NCBI GenBank assembly: GCA_002633005.1
Contig: NMRA01000033.1
Span: forward strand, 1,478,797-1,542,796
DNA from: Phoronis australis
Taxonomy: Eukaryota; Animalia; Phoronida
Reading direction: 5' to 3'
DNA: 64,000 nt
In this document: piece after piece, positions 1 to 17,638 of the stretch
How the letters are laid out: each line of letters opens with the position of its first letter
How positions within the stretch are numbered: position 1 is the first letter of the stretch
Program-made: the position numbers and the translations under genes
Notes under the pieces: generated by a model
Told to the model about the DNA's origin: nothing
Databases searched by the model: none
What the model saw: the letters and a program-made list of their open reading frames with translations, nothing else

Positions 1-3000
1 GCAATCACTCCCATGCTGGAATGATTCCATCCCAGGATCTTCTTGTTCGCAAGCCCCATCCATTTGATTTCTATCAAGTTTTACTTTCATACATTTCCTA
101 TTTTTCTTCAAACGACTGAACAAAGATTCTTTTTTGTTAAGTACTTTATGTCTTTTGCATTTTATAGTTGTTAAAGAGCAGCTCAATACTGTTAAGCGTT
201 ACAATGCTCAAATTTACTGTGTCACTAAAAGCAAACAAATTTATAAGACCTATATTTGGTATGTCTCCATACTCTGTCCAAAACAATAGAATTTTATGCT
301 ATACTAAAAGGCAGTTCAAGATCTTACTTTTTCATCCAAAGTTTAAAATTGTTGCAGAAACATCTAGCAACAGCACATTCTGGAAGTGCATGTGGAAGTG
401 TCCTAGAACCTTCCAGAGGCATCTTGTGTAATTGATGTGTAAGCATTTATAAAACAGGTATTGACTTTTGTTTCACACCTGGTCAATATGTTTATTTTCA
501 AACCTTGTCTCGGTCATTATTACACTTTTGAGGTCTGAAAACCAACATATTGCCTTGTGTGAAAGTCAATAATTGTATTATAATTGGTGTTAAGAAAGTA
601 TGAACATTATAACCAACTAGTACAATGTGATTGCGATGAGTGAATATAGGTGTGATATACATTGTTATTGTGCTTGTTTGAAACAATCCATATTTGTGAG
701 TAATAAATGCCACCTTCCTTGAATGATTTATGCTTCACAGTTTGTTTATTGCGACTGCTTCTTTGCAGTTAATGGCATCCACTTGTTCCATTTCTTGCAT
801 TCGCTGTTGCTGAGTTGATCCCTCATTAGACTGTTGTTTGTGCTAGACATTGAAGTGAAATGAAATGTATTGTCAAACTCAAATGACTTTTACATGACGA
901 CTGCGTGTAATTGATTTTGTTAAGTTTTGGAGACAACAATTTGAATGTCTTTGTTTGCAATGAAGCTTTCTAGAGGAAACAGTGGGCTGGAGAAACATTT
1001 GATGGTAACAAAAATTTGGCTTTCAGGATTAGAATCGCACATTTCATTTGAATGACATCATTGTTAACATTTTGTACTTTACAGAAATTAAATGCACGAA
1101 GATTAATCTCTTTTCATTTAATCCTCTCTATTTAAAGTTGTAGCAAACCTGAAAATGTGCAAACTGGGTTTACAGTCGTAGATTATAGATGTCAGTGTAA
1201 CTGCTGGTCAATGTATGGGACATAAAGCCCAAAAGCTTTGGGCGTTTTTGATCCCCTCTAAAACCCTTTCCACTAGCCTAAGATGAATTTTGTTATATTT
1301 AAACTTTCATTTCACACCAGAACTTGTTTGTTACCAAAAGGTCATGGTTCATATCAAGTTTTATTCCCTCAAAGAATGATCACTTCCGATTGAGTCCACA
1401 CAATAGGGATTGGTGTTATTCTCAGTAGTTGATTACTGTTATTCAAGTCTGCATTTCTTTTGAACAACATACATGTGCAAATACATTTTCGCATTCTTTC
1501 TTCTGCTGGATAGGAGCCTTAACGTCTGACAGATAGACATTTCCTCATAAATTCTTCTGTGTATGGATTAAAAATCAAAACATCATCGTGTGGCAACTAG
1601 TGTCTGATGCAGGATTATTTCTTTTGAATGTTTGTTGAATCAGTTTACAGTGCGTCATTATTTTCCATTGTTAATTATGCAGTTGTGCATGAAAACAGCC
1701 AGCTTTCCCCCTGTTTTTCTTGAGCACCATTTTCCAGTGTTCCATGACTTGATGCCTGGTTTTATTAAGGTCTCAATTTCATGTTGTGGACATGAGCTGA
1801 TCTAGTATTTCTAAAATGTTAATTAGCCATGTATCAAAGTTGGCAAATGGCATCAAGTTAATTATAGGTGATTTCCATAAGTAGTGCTTATTCCCTGGTG
1901 AAAGTTGCTTTAATCATAGCTAGAACGTCAATGACTTTGAACTAAGGAATCATCACTCTTGTTTTGCGTTTGAGGAGTAGACTGTCAATTATAAATCATT
2001 GATTCCCTGATTTGCAACATGGAATGTCACCAAATGCGTTTTACGTAGCTTGATTATCTGTCATACATTTTTTAGGTCAATGACTCGCAAAATCTGAAAC
2101 TGTTGCTTAATATTTTTGCAAGCTATTTTTATATCATTTACCTCTATTCCTCTTAACTGAACTGTCACTGTCAAATTCTCTGTTTTCCATTGTCATTTAT
2201 GAAATCTGTCTAATATTTAGCCAGTCATTTACAAAATATTAAATTTTCAACCAGTTTAAAGTTTTAAAAATTTGCATTTAAAAGGTACTCAGTTTCTTGC
2301 ACGCTCATTCGATAAAATATTCAACATTTTCTGTACGACATTACATGTATGCATAAGTACATCTCGAGGATTGTTTTTGGCACCGAATGAAACCTTCCTC
2401 TTTTCAAATGGAATTTTAAGAAATGGGACTGCTTTTCAATAGCCCAAAACCATACAGGCTTATGCAGTGAAGATTAACTCTCTTCCCTCTGCTGTGATCA
2501 TTCAGCACTAACTTCATTACACACCATAAACGATCAATTGGCGAATTTTGATTTTTTAAACATTTCAAACCTTCTTGCCACTTCACTAAAACTTGAAGGA
2601 AACTTGTTCCCAGGCAACACACTTTTTAACCAATCGTGTCAATCTTTCCTTGAAAGGAAGAACGATTGAACATTGTCACAGAATCCTTCTTTCACTGCAC
2701 TAAAACTCAGAGTGAAGTTTCGCCTCGTCTAGTCGCCAAAGTGAAATGCTGCACGTTGTTGTCAAACTTGATAATTATGTAATCTGCTCAATGTAAATGT
2801 AGATCATGTCCCGCAACACTGTCATCGTAGGTTGGTTGATATGTCGTGTGTGAAATTATTTTACACAAAGGCTCGTTCAAGCTGTCTCAAGAATAGGCAA
2901 GTTGTTGTGTTTTGGGAATTATTGATACAAAAATTGGTTATCTGCTGAAAAAGTAAAGATTTATATGACCTTGTCCACATTTGAAAGCTCACAAAGCTTT

Positions 3001-3543
3001 TCTTCACTTAAAATCGAGATGGATTGAGTTACCTGGAAGAGCCCAGTTGACGCATAGCTAATCTTGAGACAATGTCGATTTGTTCCAGCTTAACTGAAAA
3101 ATTTAGCAAATGAGTGAGTAGACTTGAGGTCGGATTCTTAATTCGAAGAGTAGAAACTCGACGATTTAAGGCGTATTTTGAATACATTGAATGGGAGATG
3201 CAATAGAGATGATTGCCAAGATATCAGTGCATACCCGCATAGCCTTGGATAGCCAAAGTATTTCAATTTATTTGAAAATAAGAAAAACCCACCAATATCG
3301 TTGCAAAAGCTGTAATACTATGTGTAGAATGTTCAAGATAACGTCACACAGAAATAGACAAACTTCGTATCGAATGAGCTTGGGTTCTTATGTTGCAGAT
3401 AAGTGGAAATTTGTTGTGTCATATCATGAAGATCCTACGTGTTAATGTTGCTAATTACAGACAAGGGCTTCCAGTCATTTGGTGTAGTAAATGTAGAATC
3501 AACTGAAATCTAGACCAGTGACCTATCAGCTTAATACACTTAA

Positions 3544-4062
3544 AGAGGCCTGGAACAAGATAAACAGTCTAAATTGCAATATTGAAAGTGGTTCTCTGCC
3601 ACTGAAACAATTCAACCTGCTCAGCAGGTATTTTTATGGTTTGTTTGTAAAGATTTTTAATTTCTGTTGATATCAAATTTCAAAATACGATCTATCATCT
3701 GCTCACCACTTCGTGGATATTTCTCCTTCAAGGCAAAGCACGTCTCTTTATTTCCGTGGTATGGCAAGATATGGTCGTAACACATTTCTATGGAAAATGT
3801 GATTTTTGACTTCACGCGAGTGTGAGCGCATGCGTGCATTTATCATCAGTGGGAGGGAGATCAGATTAGAAGCTCTGTGGTAACCACAGAGTTTTTCCTT
3901 TGTGCGTAATTCAAAAATCATGAATTTTGTGATTTTTTTTCTGGAAGTTTCCTCAGAGAGAAAAGTGAATTACTCTATAATAGACGGTGTGAGATGAGGT
4001 GGTACTTTTGTCAGGAATTGTTTAAAAGATATTTTTGACAAGCGTTTGGGTTGCATGCCTCT
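3544..4062 (+). mobile_element. Non-autonomous DNA transposon (Kolobok-like), copy 1, ARL3 intron
   Basis: TTAA|AGAGGC...GCCTCT|TTGA termini; whole length matches the reverse complement of 12389-12902. Confidence 0.8.
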
Positions 4063-4459
4063 TTGATATTGATAACTTGCAGCGTTGGGTTTTAGTTCTT
4101 CCAACAAAGTGTTGAACTGCTACCGCTGAGGTCATGGCCTCAATTTCATGATTTCAAGTGCACAGCGTTGTCGCTAGTAATGTCACTTTAAAGCTACACT
4201 CCCTTTTCTTTTGTGAGACATCCGACTCCACATTTTCATGCATTCCATTCTACGTGTGAATGATCATTTGCTGTTGATCATCATTCTTGATTTTGGGTCG
4301 GTCAGCGTTACCTATTTCTGAAATGTGGTGCAATCGCCAACCTTGAGGAAAATAATAATTTTTGTTTCTGTCTTAAACTGGAGAATTTACAGTTTTTATG
4401 AACGGTTAAATTTCGTTTTCCTTTGTTTACTCAATGACATGTTTTCTTATGTTGTGCAG

Positions 4460-4576
4460 GGTTTCAACATCAAAAGCGTTGCCAGTTCAGGCTTCAAATT
4501 AAACGTGTGGGACATCGGTGGCCAGAGGAAGATTAGGCCGTACTGGAGAAATTACTTTGATAACACAGATGTTCTT
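4460..4576 (+). CDS. ARL3: ARL3 exon (switch I/II, WDIGGQ)
   Basis: tgcag|GGTTTCAAC...GTTCTT|gtgagt; 117 nt. Confidence 0.95.
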
Positions 4577-7500
4577 GTGAGTATCGACATGACGAGTGTA
4601 ATACGAAATGCTACTGCCTTGCTGGTTTTGCGAGATTACCCTAACGGAACACAAGATCGCTTTAGGCTTTCATGACCTTTAAGGGACATAAGTAAAATGG
4701 CCACCACTGACTGCAATTGTGCGGCTTAGTTGGAATGTTGACTCAAGTGTTGAAACAGTCCGTTACAATAAGACCTGGCCAGATATAATGTGGCAGACAA
4801 ATGAATTATTTTTTCACACTATAGCCACCAATAGGCGTTGTTTCGAAAAGTTGTCGACAGTATTTTTCAACAGAGCCGATACGCCAAATTAAAGAACAGT
4901 TAGAAGAATATCGTGTCTACATTTTCTTTTGTGAACATTTTTGGACACCCTGTGTGTAAATGATTATTGCCTACTGTGAGCTTGTCCTTGGTGCCATGCT
5001 TGGGCAGATGGTTATTCAGGCTGAAACTAAATGCATGAGCCATCGAAAGATTTAGCTGATATAGCCAGCTTGCTGTTCATACTGGCTCAGACCAATATCC
5101 CGTTCTTAGATTTCAAAGTTTATGCAAAAGGATTGAAAGGAAATATTCGAGCTCTCCTTAAATAGCGGGATAGGGTCGGAAAATCGCGAAGACAGGAACA
5201 GGCTTAGACACTCCAGTAGAATTCAACCTGACGGCCGGGAAACTGTGGTACGCTCTAAATATGCCCACAGCTGATGATTTGCCTAACGGCCATTTTCATT
5301 TGGTTTATAATACATGGCGCTGTGTAGCACATCAATGATTTGTAAATTCCTCGATACAAATTATCCAGCACTGCTAGCTAGATGACAAGTGATGCTGTTA
5401 TTGAAAGACGTTGAATGAACTACATACGCATACGCACAGCAGAGGTCAAGTTTAGGTCATTAGCATTTGATTGACAACTTTTTCACTCTCACATTAAGTC
5501 TTTCAACGAGTATTGTAACAGTTAGAGAATGCAAGGACACGTTTCTGTGAGGTTTTGTGTTCTTGTTGCAAAGGTTGATTCATTTTGATGTATGAAATAC
5601 AAAACATTCGGTTTAATGTCAATTTCAGTCATATCGTTGGCCAAACTCAAGTTCAACAACTTAAACAAATCAAACAAGCATGTCCATGAAATGCATTCAA
5701 TCAGAAAACCATAGGTCAGGGGTCATGACAACTGTTCCACATTTTGACTGCTCCCATGCAGTCACGAATAGCCTCTCAGTTCCAAGTGAATTTTGTACTT
5801 GATGCTGTCATGTCAGAGAAATCGTTAAGTACAATTTCATGTACTGTACGTAATTATCATGTTTTAGCAAGTGAAAATGAAATGATCTAGGAATTCTTGA
5901 TTTCCTTTGCTCTGTTCATCAGTCTGCCTGTTGTGTTCTAGGTATATGTCATTGATAGTTCTGACAGAAAGAGACTTGAAGAATCTGGTGTGGTAAGTAC
6001 GTTGTTTCTTTTATAATGACAATGCTTCAATTTGAGAGAAACCATGTTGCCGCAGTTGCAATTTTTCTAGTTTCAAAGGCTTTTTAACTTTGTTCTTGCC
6101 AATTCTCTAAGTTTGCTGCCAAATGCTGTTTGGTGATAGATTCGCTGTATTAAACCTTGATGGGGAGGTAAACTTTTCTTATTATTTTTGTTGAGATATT
6201 AAGCCAAGTGAAACATACGTTTATCTCTGTGTTGTTGAGATATTATGCCCAGTGGAATATACATCTATCTGTCTTGTTGTCCAAAATAAAAGGATTTTTG
6301 CTGTAGCCATGGAAGTCAGTGCGGCTAATCTGGCCTCTTGGTATTGCTGTACAGTAGTTTTCAAAATATAGCAGACTGACCTTGACGGAACTGCATCAGC
6401 TCTGCTTAACTTGGACGATCTTGCCAGAATTATGTGGCTGTTCAGTCAAATTTTTGTTGCAGTAAAATGTCGTCTTTGTTGGAAGTGTAGAGTTCAATGT
6501 CAATGACTTCATTGCACCTAACCGTAAGTTGTTTTGTGAATGTACTTCCAAAGAAAGTTGTCACGATTTCAACAAAGTTTGTGTAGCGGAATTGACATGG
6601 GCTCTAATCGTTGTCTAGTTTATTTTGAAAACTACTGTATTTTTGATTGATAGTCTTGCAATCCATGTATAGTGGTTGTATGAAGCGTGCTTTTAATGCA
6701 AAGACAACATGAGTTTCATTGTACCAAACATGAAAGTGGCTGTTTTAGTTTTAACCCAATGTGTTTGCAATTACCTGTCAGTTGTGTTTGAGTCTGAAAA
6801 CTGCAACTGTGCAAACCCAACGCAATAGTTATACATTAAAGCACTCTCTGTTTTACATGCACTAATATTCTTCGAAGGCGAACTTATAAAGTATTGAAAT
6901 TCAGACAATTTGTGTGTATATACAATTATATCAAATCAAAAGTTGATTTACAGAAAGTTGGTGACAAGAAAGTTTGTTTCTTGGTTTTAGTACTACGAAA
7001 AGCCAGCTGGTAGCTGACTTCAAAGAATATGTTGCCTCTTTTGTCTGAGAAATAAAATTAACGGCACGGTATGTTACTAATGAACGCAGTCTCGGGCTGA
7101 AATTTCACAAATTTCAAGTAATGTTAAGCAGTGATATCGTGACTTGAGAATACGGTTGGTTAGTGTATTTAGAACTGGCGTCAGAATGTAAACCTGTACC
7201 CGTACACCGCTACAGGCACAATGTGTTTGTGGGAAATATTTAATAAAGCTATGGAGCAGGCTGAACACCGTGCGACTGAAGGTTTGAGTTATCCCTAACC
7301 TGGTCATGGGCTCAATTTAAGATTAACTAGTTAACTGAGGGGTGCTCTGATTTATTTTTCAATAGTTGTTGTTGCTTATTGCTTCTCTTATTTGTCACGC
7401 CAGGAGCTTTTTGAGTTACTAGACGAGGAGAAGTTAGCGGGAGTGCCACTACTGGTTTACGCCAACAAACAGGATCTCCTAGAGGCGGCGCCAGCTGACA

Positions 7501-8329
7501 AGATCAGCGATGACATGGATCTAATCAAGATCCGTGATAGGGCGTGGCAGCTGCAGGCGTGCTCGGCCAAGACAGAAGAAGGAGTCAGGGTAATAAAAAA
7601 TAACTTGTCGGCAGCTATATGGAGTGTCGTAAAAAAATACTCTCATACATAGATACCAGAAAAGGATTTGCTGGGAACTGATAGTTTTTTCATATTGTAG
7701 GAATCACTTAAGTTTTTTTTTAGAAAGACACACAAGTTAGGAATAAGTTGCGTAGTTGCCCGTTATTGCAGAGAAATGTTTTTTCACCCTCTGCACAACT
7801 GACTCCTACACTCTTCATGTTTGTTGCTCAAAGATTTTATGACTCCGCTTGACCAACATATGCAACTTAAAGGTACATTTGACTCCATGCCTTCTGTCAA
7901 CAAGCAACTTTTGAAATAAGTCACTTACTGTTGTATAATCCATCTTTTTTGTTTCTTACTCAAATTAGACGTGTTTTCCGGGCTTGAGAAGAACTCACGT
8001 GCCATTATTGGTTTAGACTCAGTGTGTGTTGCTTGTCAGTTGTTGGTTTTAGCTGCCAGAGGTGTATCACATCATTGGAATTCCAGGCTTTTGCTTTAAC
8101 CAATTTCAGTTCGTAGGATAAGAATGCAAAGGCATTGCAAGCAAGAACAAATATGCATTATGAAGATTTTTGTTTTGACACCAGCATGGTTTATAGCGTC
8201 TTCAAGACAGGAAAAGTATACACTCATCGTCAGGCAGGGGATGCGTAACTTTTATTTGCTATTTCTTTGCAGGTTGGAATGGAGTGGGCCTTAAAACAAG
8301 CTGGAAAGCAAGCGACAAAGAAGAAATAG
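4460..8329 (+). CDS. ARL3: ADP-ribosylation factor-like GTPase 3, 3' portion (4 coding exons; 5' exons lie upstream of the window)
   Basis: Exons 4460-4576, 5942-5992, 7404-7589 and 8273-8329, all GT-AG and phase 0. They join to [82 protein letters not shown] is ARL3-like; the G3, G4 (NKQD) and G5 motifs are present. Confidence 0.95.
5942..5992 (+). CDS. ARL3: ARL3 exon [17 protein letters not shown]
   Basis: ttctag|GTATAT...GGTGTG|gtaagt; 51 nt; absent from the ORF track. Confidence 0.93.
7404..7589 (+). CDS. ARL3: ARL3 exon (NKQD motif)
   Basis: gccag|GAGCTT...GTCAGG|gtaata; 186 nt. Confidence 0.95.
8273..8329 (+). CDS. ARL3: ARL3 last coding exon [18 protein letters not shown]
   Basis: ttgcag|GTTGGAATGGAGTGG...TAG; resembles the ARL3 C-terminal GM.W motif. 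Confidence 0.9.
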   Translation, partial: VGMEWALKQAGKQATKKK

Positions 8330-9158
8330 ACGCTGAGAGCGCCAAGTGTACATATATTTACACGCATATTTAAGAAGAGATCACATTTATTTTGTGGAGA
8401 TAGCAGCGTCAGACATATCTGCACTTTCTGAGCCGTCCTAAAGGAATTGTACATTATTCCCCCCCCCCGTGTCACCTCGAGTCGCAGCCTGGGTGCCAGT
8501 AAATCTGGTCTACAGTTGCAGTGAACACAACAGAACAACAGAAAAATAGAAATTGGTAGTAATGATTAATTTCATGTATGTGTTGGTAAGTCCATTTCCA
8601 CATTGGGTGGTTTGCACATAAGTCAAAGAATCCATACTACTAGTGCCAAACATCATCTGCTTTGCAAATGACTTATCTATCACGAGTTCAGACTTGTTGC
8701 TTTTTTCAACATTAATCCCCGAGCATCTAGCATACCTACTCAGGATGGTCGAAATTCCTGAACAAACTACAAGTATTTGTTCGGTGGATGACGTGCGATT
8801 TCACGCCATACATATAAGCTTATGGCGTTGAGTTCCCTTAAATCCAGGCATTTGTTTCGTTCTTTTGATCGACTGACCTGTTCAAGCCGGAGATAGTAGC
8901 ATGGCCTGTTTATAGTTTCTGAAGTCTATGATTGCGTCATGGCTACTTTGCGCTGTGATTTCATCGTAGGTAACTTAAACTCATGGTGGCAGCAGCCATA
9001 CTCATTACAGCGATCAAGTCAAAACAATTCATAAGAACTCTGGAGTAGAAGAGTCATTTGTCAATGCAGAAATAATCCTGTATCAACGTGGCACAACTTT
9101 TTGATAAGACCACTCAAGATCGTGTAACATTTGCAGAATGACCACACCTTTTCAGTTG

Positions 9159-9203
9159 TACCTGGATGCAGTTCTACCTGGATGCAGATTTACCTGGATG
9201 CAG
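9159..9203 (+). repeat. 3x 16-bp tandem repeat with core tacctggatgcag, putative ARL3 3'UTR
   Basis: Read directly. Confidence 0.85.
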
Positions 9204-10246
9204 AATTACTTAACCTGAAATGTGGCAATTGCACTTATCCTAATAGCTAGTTTTCAACGTAAACTGGACTTGAGCAGAACTCGGTGAAACTCTTTCAAAC
9301 GATTTCATTGATACCACTGCAAGAGCTTTTGCGATAAGAGGTGGAACTTTTGTTGTGATGCAGTAGCACCATTGTCGAACTTTTAGAAATGACTTTCAAA
9401 TGTTGAACCTAGCTGATAATTTTGTTAGTGCAAGTAGGCTTAACCAGCTTGAAACAGAAGCTTGTTAAACTGAAATAATGAAGTCACATCTTCACTACAG
9501 TCCAGTGTTGTCCAGTTTACTTTTGAAAAGTACTTACTTGCGGGCTAGATGTTGCCTCTAAACATTTGCTTTGGGTCAAGTGATTTTCATCCTGCGTAGA
9601 CGAAGGCTGGCGCACGGGAAATTTTCATTGTGCATCTGCCGTAGACCTGCTTTAGTGGCTGTGAAAATGTGGACTGATGAAAACTTTAATTTTTATGATC
9701 TGATAGAGGCTGACACTATCATTTAGCATTGAATTGAAACTTCAGAATATTTCTGACGGATGTCTTTTGCTTTTGGTGACATGTCTTCATTTGCTTACTG
9801 TTGAAATGTGAAAGTATTTTATTCAATTTCGTTTTTTGGTATTAGTCTGCATTTACCATTCAAACAGAGAAACCAATCCCGTGCCCTCTTGGTAAATCAG
9901 TGTTTGACATTGGCTATTTTGTCTCCTTGGTAAATGGGCTTGGTTTTCATTCATTTTGTTAGTCCTTGTTTGGCTTGACTGCTAGATCTTTCTTTGGTGT
10001 ATTTTTAGCGGTTTTTGAATGATTTCATTGTATAGAATAATGTCTTTCCCAGAAAGGGAAAACTTTAAATAAAAAACATGTTTTACCTTTCTGCCATTTA
10101 GTTGTTTTGTTAATTTAAGACATAATACATACTAGCACAATTTTCAAGGGAATGTTAAAGAAATGAGTTTTAATGAAGTATGAAGTACTGCCCCGTGCCG
10201 AAATTTCGGCTCTTATTTTTAATACCAATATGGTAACACTATTTAA

Positions 10247-10546
10247 AGTCCCACTGCACCAAATTTCGATGTCAAAAGCACACTTTTCCGGCGGCCTATT
10301 TGCACTTCGAAAACAGTGTTATTGCATTCAAATCCTTTATCAAAGTTGATACAATTGGCAATGAATATTTAGAGATTTTTATGTCCTTGTCTCTCCTATG
10401 CTGAACAGCACATCCACGGAAGTCTAATTTATCTAGTCAAGTTTTAGGCATAAGGCACTGTAATTTTTTTCAAACCCTTGTAATTTACAGGAAGAATTAG
10501 ATGGTCATTTTTACATCAACATTTGTTGGAGCTATGGATTGGGACT
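10247..10546. mobile_element. ~300-bp TTAA-flanked MITE in the putative ARL3 3'UTR
   Basis: TTAA|AGTCCCA ... TGGGACT|TTAA. Confidence 0.6.
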
Positions 10547-10997
10547 TTAAAGGTGTTTAAGGGCATGTTGAATGTTTTTGTTCACGTAGAGTGAAAATGA
10601 AGGAGCAGCAAATGATAACCATTCCGGTAATGGTCTGATGTAACGTGCCCACATTTTGAGAACCGGTTTTCTCCACTGTATAACAGGCATCAAACTGGTT
10701 CTAAAAATACAGGCATGTTATACCAGACATTGTCACCATTCCTTCCATTGTTATCATTGGGTCAAGGAAATGTTGATATATGTACACTTCATGTTACTGC
10801 TCCTACTTTACACTGTTTATCTCGTGTCACAAGTCTGTTATGCATCTATTTGGAAATGTAGGTTATTGTGTGCATTTACGACTCTGTGCATTATTTTTTA
10901 CACAGTTTGCTATTTGTGACTCAGTCATCAGTGTGCACGTCTGCAGTTATGGTGTCAAGGCACTTGTGAGCCTGCATTATGTACTTAATTACCGTCC

Positions 10998-11003
10998 AAT
11001 AAA
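10998..11003 (+). terminator. Candidate ARL3 polyadenylation signal (3'UTR ~2.7 kb)
   Basis: AATAAA after a long TG/T-rich UTR-like tract; ATTAAA ~45 nt further on. Confidence 0.45.
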
Positions 11004-12089
11004 AACAGGAAACTACAGATTGTTGTTTTAAACTGCACGATGTGATTAAATCATTTTAACGAGACTATGAACCCGCCTTCGTCACAAAAACAAACTTGAC
11101 TACTTGACGTTATAAAATTGGTCTCATTTTCTTCTCAGTTAACACAGACGCAATTTCTTGACTTGGAAAAAACCAAGTTTGTTGCTTGAGACCAGGCTCT
11201 ACAAGTTAACTCGTCACGTCGTGTCATTTTATTTGGTCTCGAGCAATAACGAACTGTTATTTTTTGCAAGACCAATTATCACTTCTCATTCTCATGTCTG
11301 TGGTAAGTGGAATCCATACCAGCTCGAGATTATGTAATTTCAGAACTCAAGACGGTGTTAATTTGACGAGCCCGAAAGCGACTTGTAGCTTAGTTTTCCA
11401 AGGGAAGTGTATGATAACTAGAAAGATTATGGATTAGACTCCATATGGTTCTTGGTGCAACATGTAAAATTCAAACACTAATTTGCGTTTAAAAAAAAAC
11501 TCCCAAGCATATTACAGACAAAAATAGAATTAAAGGCTGCGCTGTATTTCGCACGATAAACAAAAATTCGAGGATTAGGATTATTCCAGAGGCTTGAGAA
11601 GGTCATATGAGCTTAAGTCATGAAAAGAATTAGAACTGGTTTCATGTAAAGAAGTGCTCCCAAACACAAAAATCAACCCAATGAACCTTTGCAACGTAAG
11701 AAAAAAAGGTAGTTTGTTGCATATCTATTGACGCCAGTGATAATCTGCAACTACTTTAATAGTAGGAATCCATCAGCAAGCTCTTGCGCTGGTATTCCTC
11801 ATGGATGGCTTCAAACAAACAAAATTATGCAGCAAGACGATTGTGTCCAATTTTCCCAACACTGGAAACTTGCTTGACTACTTATGTAAATTGGTGGTGA
11901 TCTCAGGCTCGCAGGTGTTAATTCAGAAAAGGACGTGTAAATGGAAAGTCATGGTTTTGGCTATGCAAATGCCAGCTGTTTTTAAATGTTATGTTAATAA
12001 ATGCATAGTATGCCAACACTTTGTTCGTATTTAAAAATTATAAATGCTCCACAAAAATGAATTTGTTACTAGAAGTTGGTGAGGCTTTT

Positions 12090-12247
12090 AAGAGGAAATT
12101 TCCGAACAAACGCCCCCTATGTGGACACCTGACACCAAAAGTTGTAACGCCAAATATGCGCACATGGGTGTTTATTCAGTATAATTTTCCCAATAAACGC
12201 CCATGGGCATTTCATCGGCTGGGCTTATCTACGGAAAATTCCAGTAG
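12090..12247. mobile_element. Short dispersed MITE-like repeat, related in reverse orientation to 33853-33920
   Basis: ataatttt..aaacgcccatgggc..tgggcttat..cggaaaattccagta versus tactgggaatttccg..ataggcccacc..cgcccctgggcgt..ggaaattat. Confidence 0.55.
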
Positions 12248-12388
12248 TAATGGACACTGAATAAGTATCCATTATATTGCGACCAATTCCATTATTTTAG
12301 CTTTATGCAATTCAAGATTCACTGCAAGGTATTCTTTTGTTTATTTATAATTGTAGCGAAAATTGTATCGGCAAATCAACTTCATCAA

Positions 12389-12902
12389 AGAGGCACGGAA
12401 GTGAAAGCTCGTCACAGATATCTTTTAAACAATTCCTGACAAAAGTACCATCTCGTCTATAGAGGATTTTACTTTCTCGTGAGGAAATTTCCAGAAAAAT
12501 TTACAAATTTACGATTTCTGAAATATGTGCAAAGGAAGAACTGTGGTTACCATAGAGTTTCTAATCTCCCTCACACTTATGATAAATGTGCGCATGCCCT
12601 CAGTCAGTTGCTTGAGATCAAGTCACATTTTCCATATACGTAAGGGAAATGTGCTATGTCTAGGTCTTGCCATACCAAACAAGATGTGCTTTGCCTTGTG
12701 GGAGAAAAATCAACGAAGAGGCAATCAGTTGACACATCGTGTTTTTTTTCGAAATTTGATGCTAAAAGAAAATAGTTTGATATGAACAGAAATTAAAAAT
12801 CTATATGAACAAACACTCCTAAAAATACCTGGTGAGCAGGTTGAATTCTGTTTCAGTGGCAGAGAGCCACATTCATTGCAATTTATTACATTCCAGGACT
12901 CT
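12389..12902 (-). mobile_element. Same Kolobok-like element, copy 2 (inverted)
   Basis: TCAA|AGAGGC...GACTCT|TTAA; shared blocks such as gagcaggttgaatt..tttcagtggcagaga and tcttttaaacaattcctgacaaaagtacca. Confidence 0.8.
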
Positions 12903-14095
12903 TTAAAATTTCATTCCATAATATGAAATCAAGAATCACAAAAATAAGTTTATTTCCTTGAAAAATTGGAATGGTTTCACAATGTTCCAGTTTAAAATGC
13001 TCCGTAAGTATAGCAAATATATAAACCTCTTATTTTCTACAAAAAATAAAACTCATGAGAAAAATGAAAACGAGAATTACTGGACATTTTTGAGTAATAT
13101 GCCATTATGGTTTCTCAGTCCTCCAGTCTAGAAATTCTCTGTTAGGGTACAAAAACAGATAGCAAACATTTCAAAGAATCGCCATAGTTGCAAAAACTAT
13201 CCCATAACAAATGTCATATGCTAATAAGTTCAAGAGGCATCTTGAATGAATAACAGAATTTCTGAACAAAGCATCAATGCAGAACACTGCTACATTAATA
13301 GATTACACCATAGACTCTATTTTAAGGAACAGGGTTTAAAAATAAGTTTGTCGGGTGAAAGTCTGATGATTTAACTTCAGACACACGTTTATAACGCAAG
13401 GGAGTTTTGCCCGTGCACGACTAGATTACGGTTTAATGCTTTTAGGAAATATGCTTCAATCTCATTTACCTAGTATGTACTTCATATGGCAAAGCAATTA
13501 GTTAACATGTTGGAATTCCATGGACATTTAGTCTGTTTTATGAAAAATGACTTCAGACAAAAATTTGGTCTTATGCCCATCGCTACACACAAAACTATTT
13601 CTGAAATACTAATTGAATCTCAGTTGAGCAAAGGAGAAAGTCTCTGAGAATTCCACAACTAACACAACACCAAATTTCTGGCAAGTCACTTTTCATGAAA
13701 CAAACCCCAAGGCCTAGTTTGAATCTTACTCAAATCACATCGCTACAACATTGACTGCACTATGTCCACACTTTACAGTCACAATGGACAGGAAGATGTC
13801 AAAAACCTCTATGCTTTACTGCTTTCACCAGTACATCAAGTTCAAGTAGATGTTTTCTGGCGACTAAAGCTACTGGGACCAGAAACATCAATCCATCAAT
13901 CGAAGGGTATAGTAGCTAGGGAAACGAGAAAACTGCTCAAGATGACAATTTCCCAAGATGCACTTCAGAACTTGATCGCAGCGCCACCATGTGAGGAAGA
14001 TTCACAGAACAAATTTATGAACTACATGATGGTTGCTCAGATTCAACCAGATAAGAATAGTAACATGTCCTAGGACTAAAAATGAACAATCTTCA

Positions 14096-17638
<3,543 letters not shown>

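Noticed and set aside
1-4459. Missing ARL3 P-loop exon (GLDNAGKT)
   Set aside because: Not found; the region reads as intron, so the 5' exons must lie upstream of the window
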